This document shows, piece after piece, positions 11,802 through 20,730 of a stretch of 34,031 nt of DNA. Each line of letters opens with the position of its first letter. The first letter of the stretch is position 1. Below the pieces are notes generated by a model, which was not told the DNA's origin, did not search any database, and saw only the letters and a list, made by a program, of their open reading frames with translations. Location: the IMG/VR virus record IMGVR_UViG_3300006879_000011, positions 1-34,031 of that record; one strand, given 5' to 3'. The stretch is from a virus. Lineage: Duplodnaviria > Caudoviricetes. Both the position numbers and the translations under genes were made by a program.

Positions 11802-12227
11802 TGTGACTTCGACTTGAAGCGCTTCGCTGTCCTCTTGGGCTTTCATGTATTCGACTGCTGTCTCCAAGTTTTCGATATATTTCAAAATCTTGTTTCTGAA
11901 AAAACCAGAGTCAACCATTTCTTGTTGGATTTCTTCAAATAGAATTTCTGTATCTGCAGCGTCATGCTCCACCAGCCAATCTTCAATAGCTGTAATAGCA
12001 TCATCTTCTGAGATAGCTTTACTAAATGCTTTGTTAGCTGATAAAAGAATTAAATCGACGATACCTTCATCGTTACGGTTTAGAATGTTGTTAAACAATG
12101 TTCCGACACCATCGTTGTTGCTTGCACCAGTTTCTTTGTTCTTAGTTGCAAGCTGTTTGTCAACTTTAAACATTGTGCGGTAATCAAATTTAATTTCAAT
12201 GATTTTATTTTTTACTTTAAATTCCAT
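11763..12227 (-). CDS. Tail assembly chaperone (gpG-like)
   Basis: 154 aa between MTP and TMP; acidic; SGFF motif of TP901-like chaperones. Confidence 0.85.
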   Translation of the reverse strand: MEFKVKNKIIEIKFDYRTMFKVDKQLATKNKETGASNNDGVGTLFNNILNRNDEGIVDLILLSANKAFSKAISEDDAITAIEDWLVEHDAADTEILFEEIQQEMVDSGFFRNKILKYIENLETAVEYMKAQEDSEALQVEVTEKLIGKMKSALS

Positions 12228-12248
12228 AATGTGAGTTATCTCCTAATT

Positions 12249-12281
12249 AAAAAATAAAGGCTGGATGTAATATCCAACCTT
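12249..12281 (-). terminator. Intrinsic terminator after major tail protein
   Basis: Minus strand AAGGTTGGAT-ATTAC-ATCCAGCCTT followed by TATTTTT. Confidence 0.75.
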
Positions 12282-12288
12282 CGACATG

Positions 12289-12870
12289 TTATTCTTCGCC
12301 TCTTTGAATGTTATCGTAATCACCCTTAGTTTCGCCTGGGTTTTGATATTCGTAAACTTCATCAAGCAAAGCGATTTCTGCGGTAGTCAATGGGAATGTA
12401 CCATCTTTTAGCTTGCCAACAATTGTTGCTGTGTAGTTAGCTTCGATAATATCTTCAATACCTTCGCTGTATTCAATATCACCAATCTTAGCATAGCCAA
12501 ACTTCGCAGGGTAAACATCTTTTGGAGGTGTGCCGCTTGTTTGCGTTTTCAAGCTTTCATCGACAAGAACACGCCAAATCTTAATTGATTCTCCTGTATC
12601 GTTCGCTTGCTCAATAATTTTAATTGAAGGGTCTTTTGGTGCGAACTTAGTTGTTAATTCGATTTCGTGGCTAGTGCTTGTTTTATCAAGCAAAAGCCCT
12701 TGTTGTGTTTGTTCGTCTGAATACTCAGCGCCAAGTGTTAAAGTACCGTCAGTACGATAAGCTGGTAAGATTGCAGCGCTGCCAAGGTCGGCATGAATAG
12801 ACTGAATGAAATAAAATACTTTTTTACCTGCTAATGGCTTAGCAGTTGTTACTGTAATTTGTCCTGCCAT
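12289..12870 (-). CDS. Major tail protein (TP901-1 family)
   Basis: 193 aa; GKKVFYFIQ, DEQT and EYQNPGE motifs; position. Confidence 0.85.
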   Translation of the reverse strand: MAGQITVTTAKPLAGKKVFYFIQSIHADLGSAAILPAYRTDGTLTLGAEYSDEQTQQGLLLDKTSTSHEIELTTKFAPKDPSIKIIEQANDTGESIKIWRVLVDESLKTQTSGTPPKDVYPAKFGYAKIGDIEYSEGIEDIIEANYTATIVGKLKDGTFPLTTAEIALLDEVYEYQNPGETKGDYDNIQRGEE

Positions 12871-12885
12871 GTAGTAGCTTCTCCT

Positions 12886-13245
12886 TTAATAAATAGTATC
12901 AGATACAGTAATAGAAACGTGATACACGTCACGCCCTATGCTGTCATCTGGAATAATGTTAGCTGTTGCGTTTCTACGTCCTAATGCCCTTAAAGATTTT
13001 GCTTTAACTTCCTCAGCATCGGTTCTGCTTGAGCCATCTAAAAAGATGTCAATATTCACCGTAATATCTTCAATAATAGCCCCTGTTTGAGCCGTTTTAG
13101 ATGTGTCCGATGAATTAGACCCAATCACAATAAAAGGCTCTAGAACGTCAGGTTTTGGTAAATAAAAATAGATTGGAATAGCTAACACTTCCAATCTGTC
13201 GTGCAGCTCTTTTAAAAATAAAGTGGATGGTGAATAGGTCGTCAT
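12886..13245 (-). CDS. Tail terminator/completion protein (gp17-like)
   Basis: 119 aa immediately before MTP; EPFIVIG motif. Confidence 0.7.
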   Translation of the reverse strand: MTTYSPSTLFLKELHDRLEVLAIPIYFYLPKPDVLEPFIVIGSNSSDTSKTAQTGAIIEDITVNIDIFLDGSSRTDAEEVKAKSLRALGRRNATANIIPDDSIGRDVYHVSITVSDTIY

Positions 13246-13252
13246 ATATCAC

Positions 13253-13597
13253 CTATCTTTCGTATATTTTGCGTAAATTACTGAGTAGTTTTGGTCGCTC
13301 AGCGTCAAGTGCTGGTCTTAAGAATGGTTGTGCTCGCATTTTTCGAGTTCCTTTTTCAACGAAAACCGCGTAATGTTGAGGTGCGGTGACCTTATAAGTT
13401 AGTTTTCCTGCTTTTGCTGAAAAAATTGAATTTTTCAGTGCTCCAGTATCGACTGGCGCTTTTGTTTTTGCCATTCGCTCAATTCGTTTACTAGATAAAT
13501 CCAGTTCACGATTTGTAGCGATACGTGCTTGCTTTCCTTTATTAGCAATCGTTCTAACCATCCTGTCAACACCGCTCACTTTGAATTTGATACTCAA
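13253..13597 (-). CDS. HK97 gp10-family neck/tail component
   Basis: APVDTGALKNSI and YAVFVEKGTRKMRAQPFLRPA motifs. Confidence 0.9.
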   Translation of the reverse strand: MSIKFKVSGVDRMVRTIANKGKQARIATNRELDLSSKRIERMAKTKAPVDTGALKNSIFSAKAGKLTYKVTAPQHYAVFVEKGTRKMRAQPFLRPALDAERPKLLSNLRKIYER

Positions 13598-13872
13598 ATG
13601 TAAATCACCGTTGAATTTTTGTGATGTTTTTTACCCTTTATTTTGCGATTTTTACCATCGTAGATGATTTCAGAAAAACCATCGTAGTGCCCTTGTAAGT
13701 GCAGTTTAAAGCTATCAAGGTTATATTTTCCAAAGATGCCCATCTGTTCTGCATTGGTCAAATTGTCTTCCTGACAAGGAATTGGCTCAGATTGTTTTTT
13801 AACGACTTTATCGCCTAAAAAATCAGATTCAGTCGTTTCAGTGATTAAAATAACACGCTTGTTATAAATCAT
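13594..13872 (-). CDS. Head closure/stopper protein (gp16-like)
   Basis: 92 aa in the neck module, overlapping both neighbours. Confidence 0.65.
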   Translation of the reverse strand: MIYNKRVILITETTESDFLGDKVVKKQSEPIPCQEDNLTNAEQMGIFGKYNLDSFKLHLQGHYDGFSEIIYDGKNRKIKGKKHHKNSTVIYI

Positions 13873-14225
13873 ATAAACCTTGTAATTCCTTTCGCTTGAT
13901 AGTTTCGACCAATTGCAGCACTCCTCAATGTGCTTTCGTATTCATCTAAATACTTATCCCAGTTAAAAGAACGACCTTCTTCGCTATCAGCATTAGCACC
14001 TTCCGAATTCAAACGATTGTAGCGTTTAACAGCTACATCTCGAATAATGAAAGTTAAACGATTTGGAATTTCTGCTAACTCGTCCTCGCTAAACTCATTG
14101 AGCTTAGCCAAAACACGGTCAACACTTTCATTGATTGCTAGTTCAATCAATTTATCCTGCGTTGTATCTTTAGCAGGAATACCTTTGAAAAGTTTAACTT
14201 CCTCTAAAATCAACGCTTTGTCCAT
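13869..14225 (-). CDS. Head-tail connector (SPP1 gp15-like adaptor)
   Basis: VAVKRYNRLNSEGANADSEEGRSF motif; follows capsid gene. Confidence 0.85.
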   Translation of the reverse strand: MDKALILEEVKLFKGIPAKDTTQDKLIELAINESVDRVLAKLNEFSEDELAEIPNRLTFIIRDVAVKRYNRLNSEGANADSEEGRSFNWDKYLDEYESTLRSAAIGRNYQAKGITRFI

Positions 14226-14233
14226 AATCTAGG

Positions 14234-15145
14234 TTACCCTGCTCCTCCTTCTCCACCTCCTGCACCAGGTGCAGCGGCTGGTGCTTTGATTGTAGCTTCA
14301 ATAACACCTGTAGGAATTTCAGCAAACAATTTAAGAGCGCCAAAGAACACTGATTCGTATGTAAGGTTGTTAAGAGAACGATCACGACTTGAAGCAATTA
14401 AACCAGTTTCGTCAGTATAATCAGCAAACATTCCGCCAAGGTCAGAACCGTTCACATCAAGATAAGCAAGCACAAGGTTTTCAATAGCAGTTGAGTAAAC
14501 TTTACCTTGTGGTACGTTTGGCAATACAATAACGTTTTGCATACCTAAAAAGTTTTTAAGTAATGTCATCCCAAACACATTAGATGCGTCAGCACCAACT
14601 GCCTTATCGCCAAGATAATCAGCTACATCAAGTGAGCTTACGAATGACACGATTGGTGAGCCATCAAATTCAGAGAATGTTTGAAGTTTGCCCCAAGATT
14701 GAGCAAGCGCACCTTGCAAGCCTGTTCCATTAACTTTAGTTGGGTTTGTTTTTAGGAAAGTAAAGAAATCGGTTTTGATTTTGTTTTGAATTTCACGCAT
14801 AACACGTTGGTCTGCTTGGTCAATTGCCACAGAAGCACCATGACGTGCAATCGCTTCGGCAGATACGGCACGACGTTTTTTAAACCATTCAACTTGATAT
14901 TCTTTATCAGCCGTACGTGTCACTTTAGAAAGTGGAATTGTTTCACCTTCGCCAACACTTGTTTGGTCAATATCAGATGTCCATTTGTAAGTTTTAATTT
15001 TCATATCGGCTGACAACGGTTCTTTACGTGTCACACCGAGTAGTGTCAATAGTTCAGAGATATTAGTACTAAATTTGTTGACAAAATCAATTGTTTTGAT
15101 TTCGCCCAAGTCGTTCATAACAGTTAGTTTTTGTTCAGCAGCCAT
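14234..15145 (-). CDS. Major capsid protein
   Basis: 303 aa after scaffold; VGEGETIPLSKV motif; Gly/Ala-rich C-terminal tail. Confidence 0.9.
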   Translation of the reverse strand: MAAEQKLTVMNDLGEIKTIDFVNKFSTNISELLTLLGVTRKEPLSADMKIKTYKWTSDIDQTSVGEGETIPLSKVTRTADKEYQVEWFKKRRAVSAEAIARHGASVAIDQADQRVMREIQNKIKTDFFTFLKTNPTKVNGTGLQGALAQSWGKLQTFSEFDGSPIVSFVSSLDVADYLGDKAVGADASNVFGMTLLKNFLGMQNVIVLPNVPQGKVYSTAIENLVLAYLDVNGSDLGGMFADYTDETGLIASSRDRSLNNLTYESVFFGALKLFAEIPTGVIEATIKAPAAAPGAGGGEGGAG

Positions 15146-15148
15146 AGA

Positions 15149-15724
15149 TTAACCCTTTCTAAATAATTCCAAGTTTTCTGCAATGAGTTTTTGACGTTCA
15201 TTTGCATCTTGAATAGCCATAATTTCAGCTTTACTCATTGCCCCCGCTGTTGTTCCACGGCGTGGCTTATCTTGCGTCAGACGCTCATTTACGCGCTTCT
15301 CAACAGCTTCATCAAATACCTTTCGAACACTTGCAATGTTGTCTTTAACAGATTCTGCAGTATCTGCCATGACCACATCAAGAAATTCAATTGGTAAACC
15401 TTCATCTGACAAAAGACTTTGTGTTTCGATACGCAATTCTTTAACTGCGATTGCTTTCTCACGAGCTTCGAGGTCTGCTAAGCGCTTAGCTTCCTCTTCT
15501 TTCGCTCGTTCATCTTTTGTCAATTTTGCTAAACGCTCACCTTCAGATTGTGCTTGCTTAATTTTGTCTTCAGCGTCTTTTTGTGCTTTGGCCACTGCAC
15601 GTTTAACACGCTCTTGGACAATATGGTCAAGTTCATCTTGAGTGAATGTTTTATCCGCCTCAGTAGTTTCTGGATTGTCGACTGTTTCAGTTTCAACTAC
15701 TTCAGTGTTTGTTTCTTCTGCCAT
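15149..15724 (-). CDS. Capsid scaffolding protein (DUF4355)
   Basis: Acidic N-terminus, KTFTQDELDHIV motif, coiled coil. Confidence 0.9.
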   Translation of the reverse strand: MAEETNTEVVETETVDNPETTEADKTFTQDELDHIVQERVKRAVAKAQKDAEDKIKQAQSEGERLAKLTKDERAKEEEAKRLADLEAREKAIAVKELRIETQSLLSDEGLPIEFLDVVMADTAESVKDNIASVRKVFDEAVEKRVNERLTQDKPRRGTTAGAMSKAEIMAIQDANERQKLIAENLELFRKG

Positions 15725-15804
15725 GTGGCTACCTCCGTTTTTAAGTCTGAGTTAGACTGATAACCTGCATCTTTTAACGTCTTAAGCAGTTTTGGACAAA
15801 ACTA

Positions 15805-16752
15805 TTATATTTTATTGATTTCGCTTTTGTTCTCCAGCTCTTCTTCGTCAGGAATAACAGCAGAACGGCAATTGTAGTGGAATGGTGGCGCAGTGACACC
15901 CGTTTCAAACTCATCAATTCTATAACGCTTATCTTCACTGTGGATTCTCTTACAAATCTGTGATGTTCTATTGTCCATCTGTACAGAAATACGATAGAAT
16001 TCCAAACCAGACTCTTCATAACGTTTGATAGCTGAGCGGTTGACAATAGCCGTCCCATCTGTCCTGATAAGTGTTTGCGCTCGTGCTCTTGCTACGTTGT
16101 ACTTCTTAGCAAGTTCACTAGCCATGCTCCGAACATCATCACCACGAATAAACCCACGCTTTAAAACTTCCCTTAAGTCTTTAGCTAAAGTGTCTGTATT
16201 GCCCCAAACCTGCTCAGAATAGTTGTAACCATTGAAAGGAGTATTGATAAGCTCTTTTAATGCTGGTTCGTTCAATGCACCACCATTGCCGCCCATAATT
16301 TTCCTGTAAGCGTACTTGGCGGTTGATTTTAAATAGTTTTCGAACGACTTTTCAATAATGCCTTGCATAACACCGATTTTATAGGTCATCTCAAGGTTTA
16401 AGGCATCAAAGCGCGTGACTTTTGAGCTGGCGTATTGCTCATTTAATCGTTTGAGCAATTCAGGGTCTTTCTCAGCCTGTTTGCGGTACTTCTTAGCGTT
16501 AGCTTGATAATCTGATAGGTCAACACCTCTAAGACGCTGTAGAGCTTCAGAATAGCTTATTTTGTTATCGTCAGCATATTTTGTTACAAATGCAAACAAG
16601 TCACGTTGAACTTCTGCGCTATGCTCGATGTATATTTTTTGCAATTCTTCAAAGACATTGATATCAGTTGAATCAACATAGCGCATGATATCTTCTGTCC
16701 GCTTTTGCCAATAATTATCGTGGCTCTTCGCTGTTCTCTTCGTCATCAGCAT
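15805..16752 (-). CDS. Minor head protein (SPP1 gp7 / Mu F family)
   Basis: YWQKR, RAQTLIRT, DNRTSQIC and PPFHYNCRS motifs; exact start uncertain. Confidence 0.9.
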   Translation of the reverse strand: MLMTKRTAKSHDNYWQKRTEDIMRYVDSTDINVFEELQKIYIEHSAEVQRDLFAFVTKYADDNKISYSEALQRLRGVDLSDYQANAKKYRKQAEKDPELLKRLNEQYASSKVTRFDALNLEMTYKIGVMQGIIEKSFENYLKSTAKYAYRKIMGGNGGALNEPALKELINTPFNGYNYSEQVWGNTDTLAKDLREVLKRGFIRGDDVRSMASELAKKYNVARARAQTLIRTDGTAIVNRSAIKRYEESGLEFYRISVQMDNRTSQICKRIHSEDKRYRIDEFETGVTAPPFHYNCRSAVIPDEEELENKSEINKI

Positions 16753-18235
16753 TTACCTCAACGTCAAAGCGTGGTTCTGGTTCTTGTGGTTCTTCAGCTT
16801 TCAGACGTTTCAATTCATCTTCCGCATCAATACCAGTTACTTGTTCTAGCAACTCATAAACCGTTTGGTCGCTTACCACACCAAACAACGACTTAGCGAT
16901 GTTTGCAATTTCAGCATCGTTTTGTGGTAAGTTAGGACTAAAGATGACAGCAGTTTTATTGATAGCTTGATAATTCGTTGCTTCATTGCCTTTCACTTTC
17001 CAGATGTTTACCGCTAAGCGTAACCGCCGCATAAGCCCTTTTTTGAACAAGTTTTCTTGTTTGCTGCGATAATTATCAGATGCCATGAGTTTATATTTCA
17101 TGGATTCACCAGATTGAATGCCACTGAAATTGTTGTCAAGAATGTCAGGTGTGAATGTGAAACGTAAAATGTCGTTAACTAAACGTTGCTTGTATGCTTC
17201 AGCACCAGCTGAGTCATATTGCTTAACTAAGTATTTTGCATCTGGCTGTGAACCGCCAGGATTTGGATTGTCATCAAGCACTGCAATTTGTGCTTTCTTA
17301 AATCCAATCGCAACCCCTAACCGCCCGTTAGGGTTAACACGACCATCTTCAAGATAATCGTTGTCGTCCGAACCAGTATAAGGATTACCAGTGATTAGCA
17401 AAATAGCGTCATTACTATTTTGTTGAAAGTTAGCCAGTTCAGATTGTGATAAGTCGTAAGCGTCAATGTCATCAAGTACTGACTCATAAGCGCCTGTGCG
17501 GTCCTCGTTATTCTTAAATTCGTTGATTGGAACACCTTTAAGATAATGTTGTACTGGTTCATCAACTAAACGAAGACCAAACTTATCCTGATTGTCATCA
17601 ACATACGTGTAAATCGTGTCATCTGAATAGACACGCACTACCGTTTTACGGTGACCCATGCCGTAGTCAACTTCGTAATAATTGACACCTAACAACGATT
17701 TTTGCTGGTAGGTGTCATCATAAATAACAAACGTCTGCTCTGGCGCTAAATGATATAGCTTTAAAACGACATTCCCGTTTTCATCTTCTTCAGGATTTAA
17801 CAACTCATAAGCACGCCCATAAATAGACAAGTCAGTCTTAATCAAAATATTATGGTAAGCCTCGTTTGTTTGCTCAGAGAATGCATCAATCAATTCTTGA
17901 AGCGTTTTATCCTCATTTGTATACTTAACTGGATTTCCAAGCATATAACCTTGTTCAAATACTGTGATGTACTTTGCGAAGTCGCTTGAAATACGATTGT
18001 CGGCCGCAAATTCATCTGTTTTATCAGGACGATACTTGATATTGTTATCACCTAAATAGTACCGCTTAAGCTCTTTTAAACGCGCAACTTGTAGCTTATG
18101 TGTATTGATGTATTGTTTTAATTGTTCAATCCATTTTTGAGAGCCAAAATCGATGCTTTCATAATCTTCAGTTAGCATGATGATTTGGTCGTTACTGTGT
18201 GGATTGAACCTTGTTTTAGATAAAAATTTTACCAT
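16715..18235 (-). CDS. Portal protein, SPP1 gp6 family
   Basis: 506 aa; GYMLGNPV, YGRAYE and FSGIQSGESMKYKL motifs. Confidence 0.95.
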   Translation of the reverse strand: MVKFLSKTRFNPHSNDQIIMLTEDYESIDFGSQKWIEQLKQYINTHKLQVARLKELKRYYLGDNNIKYRPDKTDEFAADNRISSDFAKYITVFEQGYMLGNPVKYTNEDKTLQELIDAFSEQTNEAYHNILIKTDLSIYGRAYELLNPEEDENGNVVLKLYHLAPEQTFVIYDDTYQQKSLLGVNYYEVDYGMGHRKTVVRVYSDDTIYTYVDDNQDKFGLRLVDEPVQHYLKGVPINEFKNNEDRTGAYESVLDDIDAYDLSQSELANFQQNSNDAILLITGNPYTGSDDNDYLEDGRVNPNGRLGVAIGFKKAQIAVLDDNPNPGGSQPDAKYLVKQYDSAGAEAYKQRLVNDILRFTFTPDILDNNFSGIQSGESMKYKLMASDNYRSKQENLFKKGLMRRLRLAVNIWKVKGNEATNYQAINKTAVIFSPNLPQNDAEIANIAKSLFGVVSDQTVYELLEQVTGIDAEDELKRLKAEEPQEPEPRFDVEVNADDEENSEEPR

Positions 18236-18243
18236 ATGTTACC

Positions 18244-19530
18244 TCAAAATAGATAGCTTGCTTTTTTAGCTTTTTCTCTCATGTTGCTGTTCGCTCTCAT
18301 ATCATCAGCAAACGCATATCTTGTTGCGTCAATCGTGTGGTTATCCTTATCTTCCAATCTTGGTTTTGGATTACCATCACGGTCAACTTGATAGTCAATA
18401 TTTTCAAATTCTCTTGCGATGTTTGGCGTTCGTTTTGGATCAATACAAATGAAGTCCAAATCATCAAGCCAACGTTCACCAAATTCAACCGAGTCAGGAC
18501 CTTTTTTAACACCGTACACATTAGGTAGGTTAAAATCACCATGAAGTTCAGCAATAGACTTAGGTTCAGCACTATCTGCGCCAATTCTGTCTGACTGATA
18601 ACCTCGCGACTTAATCCAGTTAGCAGCTTGACGGTTGCTGATTTTTTGACCGTAATATTCGTCAATTGCGTAAATGCCATTGTGTTTCTTGTCATAATGC
18701 CAACGAACGAATGCTAAAGGGTCAGTAGCATAACCAAAGTCAAGACCGTTACGAATATTATCAAAGTTAGCTATTAAATCATCTGGTATTCTTTCAAAGC
18801 GTAAATTATCAAATGGGACGACACCAGAGCCAATAGCCTCTCCGAGGTATTCCCAACGGTAACGCCGCTCATCTCTAGCTTTGGTTGCTTCGGCTTCCTC
18901 GATAAACTCTTTAGCGATGTATGGATTATCAAGGTATGTCGAATGGTGAACAAATGTGTTAGCTGGTTGAAACTGTGTACCGTACTTCTTGTTAACCCAG
19001 CTTTGTTTTCGTTTCGGCGGGTTGTATGTATAGAAAAACTTATAAAAAAGACCACTACCCAACTCACCACGTAGCAATGAGTTAGTAATCGTCTTAACTT
19101 CGTCTTCAGTTTTAAACTCAGCTAATTCTTCAATCCACCCAATCGCAAACGGAAACTGACTATCTTTTAACGACTTAATACGTTCTGGATACTGTGCACC
19201 ACGAAAGACAATATAATTCCCTCGTGGCAAGTATGTAATCCGCAGTGGTGACTTATTGAACTTAAACAAGTGTGTCACTTGCTGCTCACTAATTGCCCAT
19301 TTCAACTGCTCATAAACTGACTGCTCAAGTGTGTTATCTGTCTTACGAATACACACAGCGTTGACAGCATAGCGCATAATCAGCTGGATGATGATATGTG
19401 CCACATCTGATGACTTACCAGAACCACGGCCACCCTCGCAAACAACATGTAGAATACTTTGATTAAGACTAGCACGCCAGACGTCATGAAACTTTGGCGG
19501 TATCAAACTTGAAAGCTTAACTGATGTCAT
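18244..19530 (-). CDS. terL: Terminase large subunit, PBSX family (pac-type)
   Basis: Walker A GGRGSGKS, Walker B WIEE, TYNPP, nuclease GLDFG and NHTIDATRYA. Start taken as ATG 19530. Confidence 0.95.
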   Translation of the reverse strand: MTSVKLSSLIPPKFHDVWRASLNQSILHVVCEGGRGSGKSSDVAHIIIQLIMRYAVNAVCIRKTDNTLEQSVYEQLKWAISEQQVTHLFKFNKSPLRITYLPRGNYIVFRGAQYPERIKSLKDSQFPFAIGWIEELAEFKTEDEVKTITNSLLRGELGSGLFYKFFYTYNPPKRKQSWVNKKYGTQFQPANTFVHHSTYLDNPYIAKEFIEEAEATKARDERRYRWEYLGEAIGSGVVPFDNLRFERIPDDLIANFDNIRNGLDFGYATDPLAFVRWHYDKKHNGIYAIDEYYGQKISNRQAANWIKSRGYQSDRIGADSAEPKSIAELHGDFNLPNVYGVKKGPDSVEFGERWLDDLDFICIDPKRTPNIAREFENIDYQVDRDGNPKPRLEDKDNHTIDATRYAFADDMRANSNMREKAKKASYLF

Positions 19531-19954
19531 CTTCAAACACCACCTGTTCAACAGTTGCATCTAACTCAACCTTATCAGTAAACAACCTATAACGTTTTCC
19601 AAGTAACTCAGCTGCCTTAGTTCGTGCTTGAACTGGTGGAACAGCATTGACAACTTTCTGTGTGCCTTCACCATCCAAAACAAGCAACGGTTCAGTCTTT
19701 TCACCACGCATGACAGCTGTCAGGTATTCCAAGACTTCTTGCTGGTCTGCCACACGTTCAGACTTTAATTTTTCGAGTTGCCCATCTATATAGGCTTTAA
19801 CATTAACATTCCGTAACATTCTTGATGCTGCTGCACTTGCTACATTATCCTTTTTAACGCTAGGATACGCAGCTTTATAGGCTCTTGTAGCATTTAAGTC
19901 AATGATGTACTCATCGGCAAAAATCTTCTGTTTTTCTGTCATCCCATTTTCCAT
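19517..19954 (-). CDS. terS: Terminase small subunit (Terminase_2)
   Basis: TEKQKIFADEYIIDLNATRAYKAAY and KAAELLGKRY motifs; start at 19954 or 19942. Confidence 0.92.
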   Translation of the reverse strand: MENGMTEKQKIFADEYIIDLNATRAYKAAYPSVKKDNVASAAASRMLRNVNVKAYIDGQLEKLKSERVADQQEVLEYLTAVMRGEKTEPLLVLDGEGTQKVVNAVPPVQARTKAAELLGKRYRLFTDKVELDATVEQVVFEDDIS

Positions 19955-20020
19955 CACCTCCAAACATAATAAAAAGGCAGACACTTCATAAGTGCCTCCC
20001 CCTCATTTCTTGACAATACC

Positions 20021-20093
20021 ATAATAACACATTTATAGCCTCATGCACGCTCAAATTCCCTTTTTTTGTGTCATTTGTTCTCATTTATTCTCA
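20021..20093 (-). promoter_or_regulatory. Putative late promoter with activator-binding direct repeats
   Basis: Three 10-bp phased repeats TGAGAATAAA/TGAGAACAAA/TGACACAAAA (20093-20064) start at the regulator's stop codon; extended -10 TG-T-TATTAT (20029-20021); no good -35. Matches the known layout of RinA/ArpU-activated ter promoters. Confidence 0.65.
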
Positions 20094-20501
20094 CGCTTCC
20101 AAAAAAATATCAATTTCTTCAGTAGCGTGCTTGCGCAAACGGTAATAAGTTGATTGACTGATTTTTAAATGTTCCATAACGTCCTCAGGATATTGTTTCA
20201 AAATGTACGTCATACGTAAAATGGCACGTTCTTTTGGATTAGAAACTTTATTGATTAGCCTGCTTAATTCAAGCTTACGATTGATAGCTTCGTTCGTATC
20301 CTGTTCGATTGACTCTTTTAAAACAATAAGTTGCGCATAAACATCATCGACTTTTACTGGTTTCCCGCCCTTGATTTTGTCGCTTGACCACTTAGGGCTA
20401 GATAACAAACCAGCCTCTAGCGTTCTTACCTCGTCAATTCTGCTTTGGATGTCTGCGTCTAGATTTTTAAGTTCGTCAAGTAATTGTGATGCCTTCCCCA
20501 T
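20091..20501 (-). CDS. Late transcriptional activator, ArpU/RinA-like (DUF1492)
   Basis: 136 aa just upstream of terS; sigma-r4-like C-terminal HTH (ILRMTYI...LKISQSTYYRLRKHA). Confidence 0.85.
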   Translation of the reverse strand: MGKASQLLDELKNLDADIQSRIDEVRTLEAGLLSSPKWSSDKIKGGKPVKVDDVYAQLIVLKESIEQDTNEAINRKLELSRLINKVSNPKERAILRMTYILKQYPEDVMEHLKISQSTYYRLRKHATEEIDIFLEA

Positions 20502-20515
20502 TCCCTAGCTCCTCG

Positions 20516-20534
20516 TGATATAATGTGGTATAAT
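20516..20534 (+). promoter_or_regulatory. Antisense extended -10 promoter(s)
   Basis: Two tandem TGnTATAAT elements on the plus strand (20516-20524, 20526-20534) point at a terminator about 25 bp downstream. Confidence 0.55.
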
Positions 20535-20557
20535 AATGTTAACGTATTCATACCACG

Positions 20558-20587
20558 AAAAGCCTTGCGTAAGCAGGGCTTTTTTTT
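20558..20587. terminator. Bidirectional intrinsic terminator
   Basis: AAAAGCCTTGC-GTAA-GCAGGGCTTTTTTTT; long T tract on the plus strand, 4 T on the minus strand. Confidence 0.8.
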
Positions 20588-20645
20588 CTTTTGCAGGCAG
20601 GCGCACGACCTGCAAGAATTATCGTGATTCACGCCTTGCATAATA

Positions 20646-20728
20646 ACAGTCGACTGATAGAACTGCGTTAGATTGTAGAAAGTAACACTTTTAGAAATGA
20701 CTATCTGTTATTGATATTTTAATCAGCC
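20646..20728 (-). ncRNA. Candidate pseudoknotted long-loop RNA, copy B
   Basis: P1 GGCTGAT/ATCAGTC; P2 GCAGTT/GACTGT crosses it; 2-nt linker. Hand-folded. Confidence 0.5.
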
Positions 20729-20730
20729 TC

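Noticed and set aside
14234-14290. Frameshift extension of the capsid protein after its Gly/Ala-rich tail
   Set aside because: Only 8 nt separate it from the next gene, leaving no room for an extra domain.
20459-20641. 60-aa minus-strand ORF
   Set aside because: Crosses a terminator and structured RNA, lacks an RBS and overlaps the activator gene out of frame.
20654-20682. Hammerhead-like CTGATAGA...GAAA on the plus strand
   Set aside because: Core deviates from CUGANGA, the G of GAAA is needed for stem II, and no stems I/III were found.
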